A stretch of DNA of 14,112 bases from Candidatus Heimdallarchaeota archaeon (GCA_030602675.1 JAUVZH010000029.1:1-14112), one strand, 5' to 3'. Positions 1 through 8,032 are shown, numbered from the stretch's first letter. The notes: generated from the sequence alone by a model not told the origin. A program made the numbers and translations.

Positions 1-880
1 CTTCAGTCAATTTAAAATCAGTAATCTCTTCACTTGTTTTGCTACTCATACTTTCAAATAAAACAAAAATCTGATGATTTAATGCAGATTCCTCTTCTTC
101 CAGTATTCCCTTTTCACCAAGCAATTTGTTATGTTTGCTCACCAATTTTTCCAGTTGCTTGTATTTTTGATCATATTCTTTGTATGTTATTCTTAACCCC
201 AAAAGGTTCTTTTTATCATTTTTCATTTGAGTTTTCTTTTCAGTGATATTAGCTTCGATTTCTGGTAACTGTGTAAGATCTTTGCTAATAATGCCAATAT
301 AATTTTCAAGATTATTTATTTCTGAATTAATGATTTTCTCTACTTTAGATAAATTACTCCAAGCCTTTTCGTAACGATCTATTTGGAATAATCTGTCGAA
401 CAACTTCTTTCGTTCTTTATCTTTTGCTGTTACAATTTGACCAATTTCCCCTTGAGAAGCATATACTGCACTAATAAATGTTGTAGCATCTATATCCAAA
501 ATTTCTTCCATTTTGAGTCGAACTGCATTTCGTCCTTCTGCTATTGTCTCTTCCAGTGTTTCATTAATCAAAACTTGTGTTTGTGTTGCTCTTGTCTCTT
601 CTCTTTTAGTTAATTCGTCTGTTATTCTATAGTTGGAACCATCAACATTAAATCGAATAGTGATTTTACCTTGCTTCTCCCCGTACCTTATCATATCAAC
701 TAAATTTCTTCCGGAAACTGTTTCTCCAAATAACGATAGATAAATGCTTTCGAGAATAGTGCTTTTTCCTGCCCCATTCTCACCTATTAGGACATTATTT
801 CCTTGATAGAAATCTATTTTTTCATATTTGTAGGTCTTGATGTTCTCAAGTTCAATACTGGAAATTTCGAATGTTTTCAT
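1..880 (-). CDS. rad50: Rad50 ATPase, N-terminal 293 codons; the CDS continues beyond the left edge of the window
   Basis: Not in the ORF track because it is open-ended. I translated the reverse strand from the ATG at 880..878 and found no stop down to position 1. The product begins MKTFEISSIELENIKTYKYEKIDFYQGNNVLIGENGAGKSTILESIYLSLFGE (Walker A GENGAGKST). It continues through a Q-loop (SAVYASQGEI) and a KKLFDRLFQIDRYEKA block into Lys/Glu-rich coiled-coil-like sequence. A strong SD, AAGGAGGGGGAG, ends 5 nt before the ATG. The start lies 1 nt after the mre11 stop. Confidence 0.9.
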   Translation of the reverse strand, partial: MKTFEISSIELENIKTYKYEKIDFYQGNNVLIGENGAGKSTILESIYLSLFGETVSGRNLVDMIRYGEKQGKITIRFNVDGSNYRITDELTKREETRATQTQVLINETLEETIAEGRNAVRLKMEEILDIDATTFISAVYASQGEIGQIVTAKDKERKKLFDRLFQIDRYEKAWSNLSKVEKIINSEINNLENYIGIISKDLTQLPEIEANITEKKTQMKNDKKNLLGLRITYKEYDQKYKQLEKLVSKHNKLLGEKGILEEEESALNHQIFVLFESMSSKTSEEITDFKLTE

Positions 881-881
881 A

Positions 882-2300
882 CTACTCCCCCTCCTTAAAG
901 AAATGCTCTAAATCAGCCTGTTTTGTCACTTTATTGTTTTGATTAACAATTTTAGGTGGTCCGCTTACTGATTTTTTACTTGTTTTTGGTTGTTTTGCTG
1001 GCTGACTTTTGGATTTCTTTGTTTTGATTTTTGTAGTTGCAATTTTTTTGATATCAGATTCAGTTAATTGTGATGAAATTTCAGATACTAAATTATAAAT
1101 TGCCTTAACTTCATCTGCTAAATCCGATGATATTATTTTTTGCCCAAGAACCTTAATGGTTTCATTAGTTATGTCTAACCATTTGTTAACTGAACTCTTC
1201 TTGATGTTATATGATTTTTCTAGCAGTGCTTTTAATGCTTCTTCTGAGGTTAATCCTACTTTTGCTTTATCCAAAATGATGTTTGATACTTGCTGATTTG
1301 ATATTATATGCAGTGCTTTTGACTCTTTTATTGCTGGAAGTTTTGTAAAATTAACCAAGTTTTGCTTTCCTAAAGGTAATTCACCTACAAAATCATATCT
1401 AATAATGGCACCTTCTAAATCATGTTTCTTGACAAAAACATTAGCCTTTTCCATAATTTCATCGATCGTTGAATCATCTGTAAAATTGTATGTGAATCGT
1501 CCTTTTGGTCGAACATCAAATTCCTGTCTTTCAACTTTCAAATCCCAAGAATTTTCTTCTGGATTTAAAGTTGTTTTAATGCTATAATATCCTGATTTTC
1601 TTAAGAAACCATCTTTGTCTGGTTTTCCCCAATCGTTCAAACTTGTTTGTTCAGTTGAACCGGGGCAATAAATATTGTTTTCAGTTTCTTCCCATACTTT
1701 ATGATAGTGACCTAATGCTATGTAGTCAAAACCTATACTTGCTAATTGATAACCTGAAATATCAAAAATTGAATCACTTACTTGCCCTTGTAAATAACCA
1801 TGAAGTGCTAAAATATTGAATTTTGATCCATCAAACGGATTATTTCTTAAAACAGTTTCAATTACATCTCCAGTGGTTTTGCCGTACTCACCAATACCAG
1901 TAAACCGAATGTGCTCATTAATATCAATTGTTTCATCTTGAACATACTGAAGATAACCCAAATCATCTAGGAATTTCAGAACCGTACCACCAAATCTTTG
2001 AGCTTGAGCTTTTGAAGCATCATGATTTCCTCTAATAACATAAAAGGGAATATTTGCTTGTCTAAACTTGTCAAGTATTTGAATAGAAAAACGTAAAGCC
2101 CCAGGAGATGGTCTAAATTGGTGAAACAGATCACCACAATGAATAACAAAATCTGGTTTTTCTTCAATCATTAATTTTGTGCATTCATTCGCAGCTTCAA
2201 AGAAATCATACCACCGCTCTCTTTTTTGGTATTGAAAATAATCTAAATGCCAATCAGCAGTATGGCAGAAATGATATTCCTTATTCTTTTTCTCGCTAAT
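882..2300 (-). CDS. mre11: Mre11 nuclease (calcineurin-like phosphoesterase); 5' end unresolved, with the conservative ATG at 2171 and the homology-supported frame extending to 2303
   Basis: The ORF-track product carries Mre11 motifs: GDLFH, RGNHD, ILALHGY and LGHYH. My translation of the in-frame upstream stretch 2303..2172 gives KISEKKNKEYHFCHTADWHLDYFQYQKRERWYDFFEAANECTKL. This supplies the missing motif I (D-x-H within HTADWHLD). There is no ATG, GTG or TTG between the in-frame TAG at 2306..2304 and the ATG at 2171. An ATT at 2300..2298 sits 7 nt after an AGGTGA SD-like site at 2313..2308. Stop is TAG at 884..882. Confidence 0.85.
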   Translation of the reverse strand: MSEKKNKEYHFCHTADWHLDYFQYQKRERWYDFFEAANECTKLMIEEKPDFVIHCGDLFHQFRPSPGALRFSIQILDKFRQANIPFYVIRGNHDASKAQAQRFGGTVLKFLDDLGYLQYVQDETIDINEHIRFTGIGEYGKTTGDVIETVLRNNPFDGSKFNILALHGYLQGQVSDSIFDISGYQLASIGFDYIALGHYHKVWEETENNIYCPGSTEQTSLNDWGKPDKDGFLRKSGYYSIKTTLNPEENSWDLKVERQEFDVRPKGRFTYNFTDDSTIDEIMEKANVFVKKHDLEGAIIRYDFVGELPLGKQNLVNFTKLPAIKESKALHIISNQQVSNIILDKAKVGLTSEEALKALLEKSYNIKKSSVNKWLDITNETIKVLGQKIISSDLADEVKAIYNLVSEISSQLTESDIKKIATTKIKTKKSKSQPAKQPKTSKKSVSGPPKIVNQNNKVTKQADLEHFFKEGE

Positions 2301-2359
2301 TTTCTATTCACCTGTGAATTTTATTACTAAATTCTTCATTTTGGACAAATTGAGTTCCA

Positions 2360-4048
2360 TTATTTATCCAATTTAAAGTCATCTTCATATTTTTGTGGTT
2401 TTCTCATCGAACTTTTTTGTTTTTCAAGAGCTGCTTTCCAAGATTCAGTAATTTGAACTCCTTTACCTCCAAGTTTTCCATCAAATGTAGCTATACTAAC
2501 TAACGCTGGTATCGGTAAACTTGGACCAACTATTACTGCTTCTCCTACATTTAATGCTGGTAGGTCATTCAGTAAATCTTCGCTCATACTCTCACTTGAT
2601 CGTAAAATTTGTTGCTGATCATAAGGATTTACTATTTTTAGGATGATTTGTGTGTTACATTGTGATAACACATCACTATCTAATCTTCCAGGTCGTTGTG
2701 AAACGAGACCTAATCCCACACCGAACTTTCTTCCTTCTGCAGCAATCTGTTTTAGGATTGAAGATGATCTACCTGAACCAGGTATGAAGTTATGAGCTTC
2801 TTCTATAATCATTAAAACCGCACATGGTAATTTATGAGGTGTTAGTTCATTTCTTACTTGTGCTTTGCCAGCATTGAAAATCTTTCTGGCAATTAAATCA
2901 ACAATTGTTTGTTGAGTTTTGGAGCCTAATCCTGTTAGTGTGATAATACTTATTTGATTTGGTTTTACTAATGAGGGACCACTTGCATTATAAACAGGAA
3001 GTTCTGAACTTTTGGTTAATACATCTCTTGCAGGAGCAAGATCTATTCTTGAAAACAAACCAAATTTGGAATTCTCTAAACAATTTGCTTCCGTTTTACT
3101 GCTCTTTCTAATTTGCTCCTTTCCTTTATCATCTATAACTACATCTTCTCTTAGATCTTTTATTATAGCATTAATTTCATTTTTTAGATCTTGTAAATCC
3201 CAATCGACTTTCTTTTCTTGTAAACGCCAATAGGCTCTACTTAGTAAATCCCTTTGAATAGTTGCTTGCTCTGGTATCTCGAGAAGATCTAGAAGTGCAG
3301 TATGACTAAAATTACTTAATTTGAAAGCAATTCTTTGCCTTCCGGTTGTTCTTTTTGCTGAAAAAACAGCAATATTACCATTAATATTCTTATTTTTTAT
3401 AAATGGCACATAATCCTCATGCGGATCAACTATGACAACTGAACCTTGAAGATTATTGATTATCCTCGAGACAATTACAGCGACACTATAGGATTTACCA
3501 GCTCCTGTAATTGCTAGAACTGCAAAGTGTTTTGAGACCAATTCATCAACATCTAATTTTACTTCTACTCCTTTATGTGAACGTAATTCACCTACTGAGA
3601 TGTGCCCTTTTCCGAAGATTTTCGATAAGATTCCAGAAGGTGCTCGAGAGACTTTTGCACCTGGATAAGGTGGAAAACGTGGAGTAACAATGCGATCCCT
3701 TTCCTCATCTAAATAGCCTAGAATTCTTGCTGCTGCTCCCAATCGTTCTCCTTCTTCGATACGCCCGAGTAATTTAAGACGATCTATCGATTCAGGAGAT
3801 TTGATTAAACTTTCAACTAAGTTTTCATTACTTAGAGCTATTTTTGAAATCATAGCAATAACAGGTTTTGCTACAAGATTTTTAGGATAATCAATAACTA
3901 CTAGCTCACCTAACTCCAGAGGTGTTGTTCGAGCAATTTTAGGATCAACAATTAAATTAACCTCAGAGGGAGTTGAAATACCAACAATAATGGCTACAGC
4001 TTTATTATTATCTCGAGAATTGGATTTTTTAGGCAAAGTATTGAACAC
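2360..4048 (-). CDS. herA: HerA-type hexameric DNA helicase/translocase (FtsK/HerA ATPase superfamily)
   Basis: 562 aa with a GTG start at 4048..4046. Walker A is LAITGAGKSYS and the Walker B region is VLMIIEEAHNFIP. The N-terminal region is barrel-like (GELVVIDYP) and the C-terminal region contains GEAVIVGP. It sits immediately upstream of mre11-rad50, the classic archaeal arrangement. Confidence 0.9.
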   Translation of the reverse strand: MFNTLPKKSNSRDNNKAVAIIVGISTPSEVNLIVDPKIARTTPLELGELVVIDYPKNLVAKPVIAMISKIALSNENLVESLIKSPESIDRLKLLGRIEEGERLGAAARILGYLDEERDRIVTPRFPPYPGAKVSRAPSGILSKIFGKGHISVGELRSHKGVEVKLDVDELVSKHFAVLAITGAGKSYSVAVIVSRIINNLQGSVVIVDPHEDYVPFIKNKNINGNIAVFSAKRTTGRQRIAFKLSNFSHTALLDLLEIPEQATIQRDLLSRAYWRLQEKKVDWDLQDLKNEINAIIKDLREDVVIDDKGKEQIRKSSKTEANCLENSKFGLFSRIDLAPARDVLTKSSELPVYNASGPSLVKPNQISIITLTGLGSKTQQTIVDLIARKIFNAGKAQVRNELTPHKLPCAVLMIIEEAHNFIPGSGRSSSILKQIAAEGRKFGVGLGLVSQRPGRLDSDVLSQCNTQIILKIVNPYDQQQILRSSESMSEDLLNDLPALNVGEAVIVGPSLPIPALVSIATFDGKLGGKGVQITESWKAALEKQKSSMRKPQKYEDDFKLDK

Positions 4049-4132
4049 TCTCTTCGTTTCTACCTTCTGGGAGTAAAATATTAACTAATAATTTTTCGTA
4101 TTATCTTTAGTTCTTACCTATTAAATGAAGGG

Positions 4133-4420
4133 TTAAAGATACATATATCCTGCTAAGATACCTCCTCCTGATAGTAGCGAAATAGCAACTAAAACAATCC
4201 CCTTGACAATTGTTTTTTTACCATTACGTTCATCCCAACCAGTCGCCCACTGAATCGCTCCTACAATAGCCAACACTACTCCAATTGCAAAACAAATAGC
4301 TACTAAGAAAGCTATAGCGTTGCTTAGAATAGACTGAATGTTATTAGGAATGTCCTTTAAGTTTTCAATAATATCGAGCTTAACTTGCAAGAATTGATCC
4401 TTGGGTCTGGATATCATCAT
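4133..4420 (-). CDS. Small membrane protein, 95 aa, two predicted TM helices, unknown function
   Basis: The ORF has a polar N-terminal ~33 residues followed by two hydrophobic stretches, AIAFLVAICFAIGVVLAIVGAI and GIVLVAISLLSGGGILAGYMYL. They are separated by the charged loop QWATGWDERNGKKT. It is on the same strand as its neighbours, with short gaps to them. I recognise no family. Confidence 0.55.
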   Translation of the reverse strand: MMISRPKDQFLQVKLDIIENLKDIPNNIQSILSNAIAFLVAICFAIGVVLAIVGAIQWATGWDERNGKKTIVKGIVLVAISLLSGGGILAGYMYL

Positions 4421-4477
4421 GAATCAAATAAATGTAACAATTTGGGAATAAAAACCCTAAAGATTAGGACCTTTGAC

Positions 4478-5605
4478 TTATAGACCATGTTTTACGAAAG
4501 CTCCCATAAGAGCTAATGCAGTTGTTGAAAAGGCTATGATTATTCCTGTAGTCAGTGCTAAGTGCCAGTGTTTCATTTTAGATTTTGTAGTGAATGGTAT
4601 GTAAAGAGTATAACACCAAACACCGTATTGAATTAAAAAGACCCAATAGAGGGAATTAAAGGAAATGAATGCAAGAAAAGAACTTTTGTAGAGATCATAT
4701 TTTTTGATATAGGATAGGATGATCAAACCAATCCAGACAATTATGATTAATAAAGTAAGAATCATGCGAATAATATCAGCAGCACTTTCTGAGGAAAATG
4801 GTAGAGAAAGTAAAGCGAAAATTGGACCTAAATCATGCTCCCGAGTAACATGTACACCTAGAACCCCTTGAATGTAGGTTTCTAAATCATTTAAAAAAGG
4901 AATGCTAAACAGCAGAACAACGATTAACATTGTTGCTATCATAGCAAGAATCTTATCGAAATTGCGTTCACGAACATTTTGAAGGAAGAAGAAAGGAACA
5001 AGAATTAATGCAATAGGTTTAGTTAGAATTGCCAAACCAAGGAAGAAAGCTTCGAGGAAGAAATAATCTTGATCATGGAATATGAAAGCAAGTAGAATAA
5101 AAACAAACATCAAAGAATCAAACTTACCATGCATAGAACTAGTCATCAAAACCATGGGAGTAATAAACCAAACAGCAATGGGTATTTTTAACCGCCAAAC
5201 ATTTTCTACTTTTGGTTTTAGTAAAATGTAAAGTAAAATAACTACTTGAATATCGAATAAGAGAATTAGACCTTTAATAATCGGAAAGAACATCCCTTCG
5301 GGGAAAACAAGCAAAACTAAAGAGCTAATATACATCCATAAAGGAAAATAAGCATAAAAGTGTTTAATACCCTTATTTTGGAAACTCTCAAGAGTAGTTT
5401 CATATGGATTTTCACCATTAAGGAAAAGTTCAGCTGCTTGTTTCCAGACATTCATATCTGACGAGGTAAAGTCCCAGAGAAAAATACGAACGATTATACC
5501 TGCGAGAATAATGCTACCAAAAACAAGCCAGGAGGTATTACTTGTAGTGAAAAATTCTTTCAGCTTTGGAAATCTTGAATCGGTTATTGCTCTTTCTTCG
5601 TACAT
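4478..5605 (-). CDS. Polytopic GT-C-fold glycosyl/mannosyltransferase, PIG-M / PIG-U / DUF2029-like
   Basis: 375 aa, hydrophobic throughout (about 9-11 TM segments by eye). The first extracytoplasmic loop reads FTSSDMNVWKQAAELFLNGENPYE...HFYAYFPLWMY. This matches the D-x-x-V-(F/W)-x-x-AA-x-L-x(3)-G-x-x-PY ... Y-x-Y-x-PL signature I remember from PIG-M ([30 protein letters not shown]) and related GT-C families. Confidence 0.55.
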   Translation of the reverse strand: MYEERAITDSRFPKLKEFFTTSNTSWLVFGSIILAGIIVRIFLWDFTSSDMNVWKQAAELFLNGENPYETTLESFQNKGIKHFYAYFPLWMYISSLVLLVFPEGMFFPIIKGLILLFDIQVVILLYILLKPKVENVWRLKIPIAVWFITPMVLMTSSMHGKFDSLMFVFILLAFIFHDQDYFFLEAFFLGLAILTKPIALILVPFFFLQNVRERNFDKILAMIATMLIVVLLFSIPFLNDLETYIQGVLGVHVTREHDLGPIFALLSLPFSSESAADIIRMILTLLIIIVWIGLIILSYIKKYDLYKSSFLAFISFNSLYWVFLIQYGVWCYTLYIPFTTKSKMKHWHLALTTGIIIAFSTTALALMGAFVKHGL

Positions 5606-5797
5606 GTTTTCAACTCAATTAGAAGTCAAATTATTAGTATATTAACACCTACACATTTGATGAAAATGTTGAGAATAAATATTAAAAGATATTAGATAAA
5701 CTTAGAAAATACAATGATGTTTTTGATGTCATTTCTGGAAGAAAATAAAAAAATACACTAAAATGTTATCTTTTATGCATTATTTTTACTTTCGCCT

Positions 5798-5805
5798 TTT
5801 AAATA
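5798..5805 (+). promoter_or_regulatory. Candidate archaeal TATA box (TTTAAATA) for the left 48-codon gene
   Basis: TTTAAATA matches the archaeal TTTAWATA consensus and is preceded by the G/C patch CGCC. It lies about 50 nt upstream of the GTG at 5858, which would leave a short leader containing GGAG (5844..5847). AT-rich background makes chance matches likely. Confidence 0.3.
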
Positions 5806-5843
5806 TATTCTATTTTGGAATCTTATTTTGAAACATTATATTT

Positions 5844-6004
5844 GGAGACTAAAAAACGTGAAAAAAATCAATCCTAAAATACTCGGTATAACCTTCATGA
5901 TTTTATCAATGCTTGTTGCTGGTGGTTTAGCAGCAAAGACTGCTATCGCAACTCCTGGTTCAGCAATTGGAGATGATTCAAATCCAGGTAATGGAGGAAA
6001 TTAA
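5844..6004. repeat. Left arm of a diverged 161-nt inverted repeat (SD plus 48-codon gene)
   Basis: This stretch aligns colinearly with the reverse complement of 7872..8032. The GGAG position, start position, length and stop position are all identical. The first 66 coding nt differ at 8 positions by my count. Confidence 0.75.
5858..6004 (+). CDS. 48-aa small protein with N-terminal signal-peptide/TM-like segment and G/P/N/D-rich tail (twin-peptide copy L)
   Basis: My translation, with a GTG start, is MKKINPKILGITFMILSMLVAGGLAAKTAIATPGSAIGDDSNPGNGGN followed by a stop. GGAG lies exactly 10 nt upstream. A paralogue sits at 7872..8018 (32/48 identical residues), and the differences in the conserved N-terminal part are mostly synonymous. 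A T-rich tract follows the stop. Confidence 0.7.
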   Translation: MKKINPKILGITFMILSMLVAGGLAAKTAIATPGSAIGDDSNPGNGGN

Positions 6005-6115
6005 TTTATTTTTTCCTCTTTAATTTATTTTATTTAGTAAGAACAAGTATCTATTTATAAATTAATTTTTTAAGAAAGCTTAAATGTGATATGAATTAAA
6101 TTATCACAGATAAAT

Positions 6116-7846
6116 TTGAATGTTGTAAAATCTAAAAAAGAGATAAGAAATGAAATTCAGATAGTATTTAATGAGATTAAAGAAGAAACAGGTTGGGAAT
6201 TTATAAAATTACCAAATGAATTATATATTGATATAGGTGATGCATCAGAATATTACGAAAGCTTTGGTGTCAACAGAACAAAAGAGAAATCAATATTTGG
6301 TTCATGGATAGAAGATGTAAAACATGAATATAACAAAGATGTAATTTGGGAAATGGTAATAATAAGAGAAGCATTTTCACTTTTCATTGAAGAAAAAATA
6401 TTATATTGCGAATTGAGTGAATTAACAAATTTCTTTTTAAATATTGTTGCAATTAGCTACATTCAAAAGAAATATCCAGATATTGAATTAAATGTAAAAA
6501 TCACAACTGTAAGATCGCGATTTAGAGCACAACGGGAAGGTTTAAACGAAAGAGAAAAAGCGCTTCATTTAAAAATTGGGGCGCTTCTAGATGAAGTTAT
6601 AAACCAGAGAATTTCATACAAACTTATTTTAAATACATATTTTCATTACCTTGAAGATTATGATAAGAAGGATTTTGATGTCATTGAATTACTAGAAGAT
6701 TTTTCAAGATATTTATCAAGTAGCTCCGAGGAAATTGCTGCACCCATTTTTCTAAAAGAAAAAACAAAAAGGGTTTTTAAAGAACTATATAAAGGTGGAT
6801 ATAAAACAACAGCACTTAAAATAGCTGAAAGACTTAATGTCAATCAATCAACTATATCTAGACAATTGAGCAAAATTGATTCAAGATTCTATGCTAAGTG
6901 GAGAGCAATGAAAAATTGGAAAAATCTTGGTTTATATACACATTTAATTATAGTTAAGCTTCCGATTGATGATAAAAATAAAATTACTGGAATAACAAAG
7001 GTATTAATGGAAAATAGATATATTTTTCAAATTTATGAAGGTAAAAATAATGAAAATATATTCATTTATACAATTCTTCATTGTCCTTTAATTGTTGCAC
7101 AAAATATTGAAAATAAACTTTCTAGATTACTAAAGAAGGGAATAATTACTTCTTTTGTGATTAAACCTATCGTAAACACAACATACAAAACTGCTGTTGT
7201 TACAAAACGATTTAAACATTCAATAGAGAATTTTAAAAAGCTATTAAACAATGAAATCCCTTGCGATAGAATCTGTTTATGGAATACAGATATTTTTCAA
7301 AAAACAGATATAACAATATTAGACAAAAATGACAAAGATTTACTACACTTTCTATCTATTTTAATATCAAACTCTATTAAACAAAGCGGTGTTTATGGTT
7401 GTTGGGTACCTAAGACTAAGCAGCTTTTAGAAAAGAACAATATTGATATTAATAATGCTCAAGAATCTGCATCATTCTTGAACAAATTTAGAAATCAAGC
7501 AATGGAAAGAAATCTGTTAGACTATATGATAATGGTTTCATTAAATACAGCAACTTCAAACTATTTAATTATACATATTAAACATAATCCAAAGGACAAC
7601 ATTATAAAGAAATTAAGTGACGATCTTTCTTGTTTTACTTCAATTGTATTTTTATCTTCATATCAAGACCTAATAATATCATTAATTGGACCTCAGTATA
7701 GTGATTCATTAACAAAAATTATAATCGATAGAATAAAAAAAGATAATATTGATTTTGAATATTTCTCATGTCAAGTAAAGAATTGGCGTTATCTCCCATT
7801 AAATGAATTATATGATTTCGAAAGCAAAAAATGGTTGATAAAATAA
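6116..7846 (+). CDS. 576-aa putative transcription regulator: helical N-terminal domain of unknown family plus two tandem HTH + Lrp/AsnC(RAM)-like units
   Basis: The TTG start at 6116 is the only canonical start before residue 79. A clear HTH is present: YKTTALKIAERLNVNQSTISRQLSKI. It is followed by RFYAKWRAMKNWKNLGLYTHLIIVKLP...ITGITKVLMENRYIFQIYEGKNNENIFIYTILHCP, which fits the Lrp/AsnC linker and beta-alpha-beta-beta-alpha-beta effector-domain pattern. A second unit starts at ILDKNDKDLLHFLSIL, continues through ERNLLDYMIMVSLNTATSNYLIIHIKHNP and ends at SSYQDLIISLIG. Confidence 0.6.
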   Translation: MNVVKSKKEIRNEIQIVFNEIKEETGWEFIKLPNELYIDIGDASEYYESFGVNRTKEKSIFGSWIEDVKHEYNKDVIWEMVIIREAFSLFIEEKILYCELSELTNFFLNIVAISYIQKKYPDIELNVKITTVRSRFRAQREGLNEREKALHLKIGALLDEVINQRISYKLILNTYFHYLEDYDKKDFDVIELLEDFSRYLSSSSEEIAAPIFLKEKTKRVFKELYKGGYKTTALKIAERLNVNQSTISRQLSKIDSRFYAKWRAMKNWKNLGLYTHLIIVKLPIDDKNKITGITKVLMENRYIFQIYEGKNNENIFIYTILHCPLIVAQNIENKLSRLLKKGIITSFVIKPIVNTTYKTAVVTKRFKHSIENFKKLLNNEIPCDRICLWNTDIFQKTDITILDKNDKDLLHFLSILISNSIKQSGVYGCWVPKTKQLLEKNNIDINNAQESASFLNKFRNQAMERNLLDYMIMVSLNTATSNYLIIHIKHNPKDNIIKKLSDDLSCFTSIVFLSSYQDLIISLIGPQYSDSLTKIIIDRIKKDNIDFEYFSCQVKNWRYLPLNELYDFESKKWLIK

Positions 7847-7871
7847 TAAAAAAAATATTGAAAAGAGGTTC

Positions 7872-8018
7872 TTATTCTCCTCCATTTCCTGGATTGTCAT
7901 CAGATGTCATTCCTGCAGCGCCCGGTGAAATAGCAGTTTTTATTCCAAAACTACCAGCTACAAGCATTGATAAGATCATGAAAGTTATTCCGAGAATTTT
8001 AGGATTAAGTTTTTTCAT
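7872..8018 (-). CDS. 48-aa small protein, paralogue of 5858..6004 (twin-peptide copy R)
   Basis: My reverse-strand translation is MKKLNPKILGITFMILSMLVAGSFGIKTAISPGAAGMTSDDNPGNGGE followed by a stop. ATG is at 8018..8016, GGAG lies 10 nt upstream (8032..8029), and a TATAAATA-like box is at 8075..8068. The plus-strand ORF-track entry 7831..8025 is its antisense shadow. Confidence 0.7.
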   Translation of the reverse strand: MKKLNPKILGITFMILSMLVAGSFGIKTAISPGAAGMTSDDNPGNGGE

Positions 8019-8032
8019 TTTATAGTTGCTCC
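7872..8032. repeat. Right arm of the diverged 161-nt inverted repeat
   Basis: This is the reverse-complement partner of 5844..6004. See the left-arm entry. Confidence 0.75.

Noticed and set aside
34-246. Track ORF 34..246 (+), along with 1405..1587 (+), 1976..2167 (-), 3012..3233 (+) and 6658..6843 (-).
   Set aside because: Each is nested within, and out of frame with or antisense to, a strongly supported larger gene (rad50, mre11, herA, the 576-aa gene). None has motifs or translation signals.
4133-4420. Reading the 95-aa two-TM protein next to herA as a VirB2/TrbC/CedA1-like pilin of a DNA-transfer system.
   Set aside because: The only similarity is the generic helix-loop-helix hydrophobic pattern. 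The neighbouring HerA is clearly the Mre11/Rad50-associated repair helicase, and no VirB4/VirB6-like genes are present.
5664-5672. A shared 9-mer AAATGTTGA (also at 8079..8087), with similar A-rich continuation, outside the two peptide genes. I considered it as a possible target-site duplication or operator.
   Set aside because: A single 9-mer match between two AT-rich regions of roughly 60-200 nt is about what chance predicts. The two copies are also not symmetrically placed relative to the inverted genes.
5858-5930. Reading the N-terminus of the 48-aa proteins as a class III (type IV pilin/archaellin-like) signal peptide.
   Set aside because: The candidate site K-I-L-G followed by I-T-F has Leu rather than Lys/Arg at -2. 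The mature part would be only about 38 residues with a polar Gly/Asn tail, unlike pilins. A Sec-type signal or a membrane anchor is the simpler reading.
6341-6400. The helix WEMVIIREAFSLFIEE in the 576-aa protein, read as a degenerate zincin HExxH metalloprotease motif (ImmA/IrrE-like).
   Set aside because: Both His ligands are replaced (R-E-A-F-S), and I can see no other zincin feature. This is too speculative without a profile or structure match.
7831-8025. A 64-aa plus-strand ORF from the track that overlaps the 3' end of the 576-aa gene.
   Set aside because: Its reverse complement encodes the 48-aa paralogue of 5858..6004, with a matching SD, matching length and synonymous-biased divergence. 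The plus-strand reading has no such support.
5844-8032. Reading the 161-nt inverted repeats plus the central gene as an insertion sequence/transposon with terminal inverted repeats.
   Set aside because: The repeats are protein-coding, with their own SD and promoter-like boxes, and they diverge mainly at synonymous sites. The central protein shows HTH/Lrp-like features but no DDE, HUH or recombinase motif that I can recognise. I found no flanking direct repeats.
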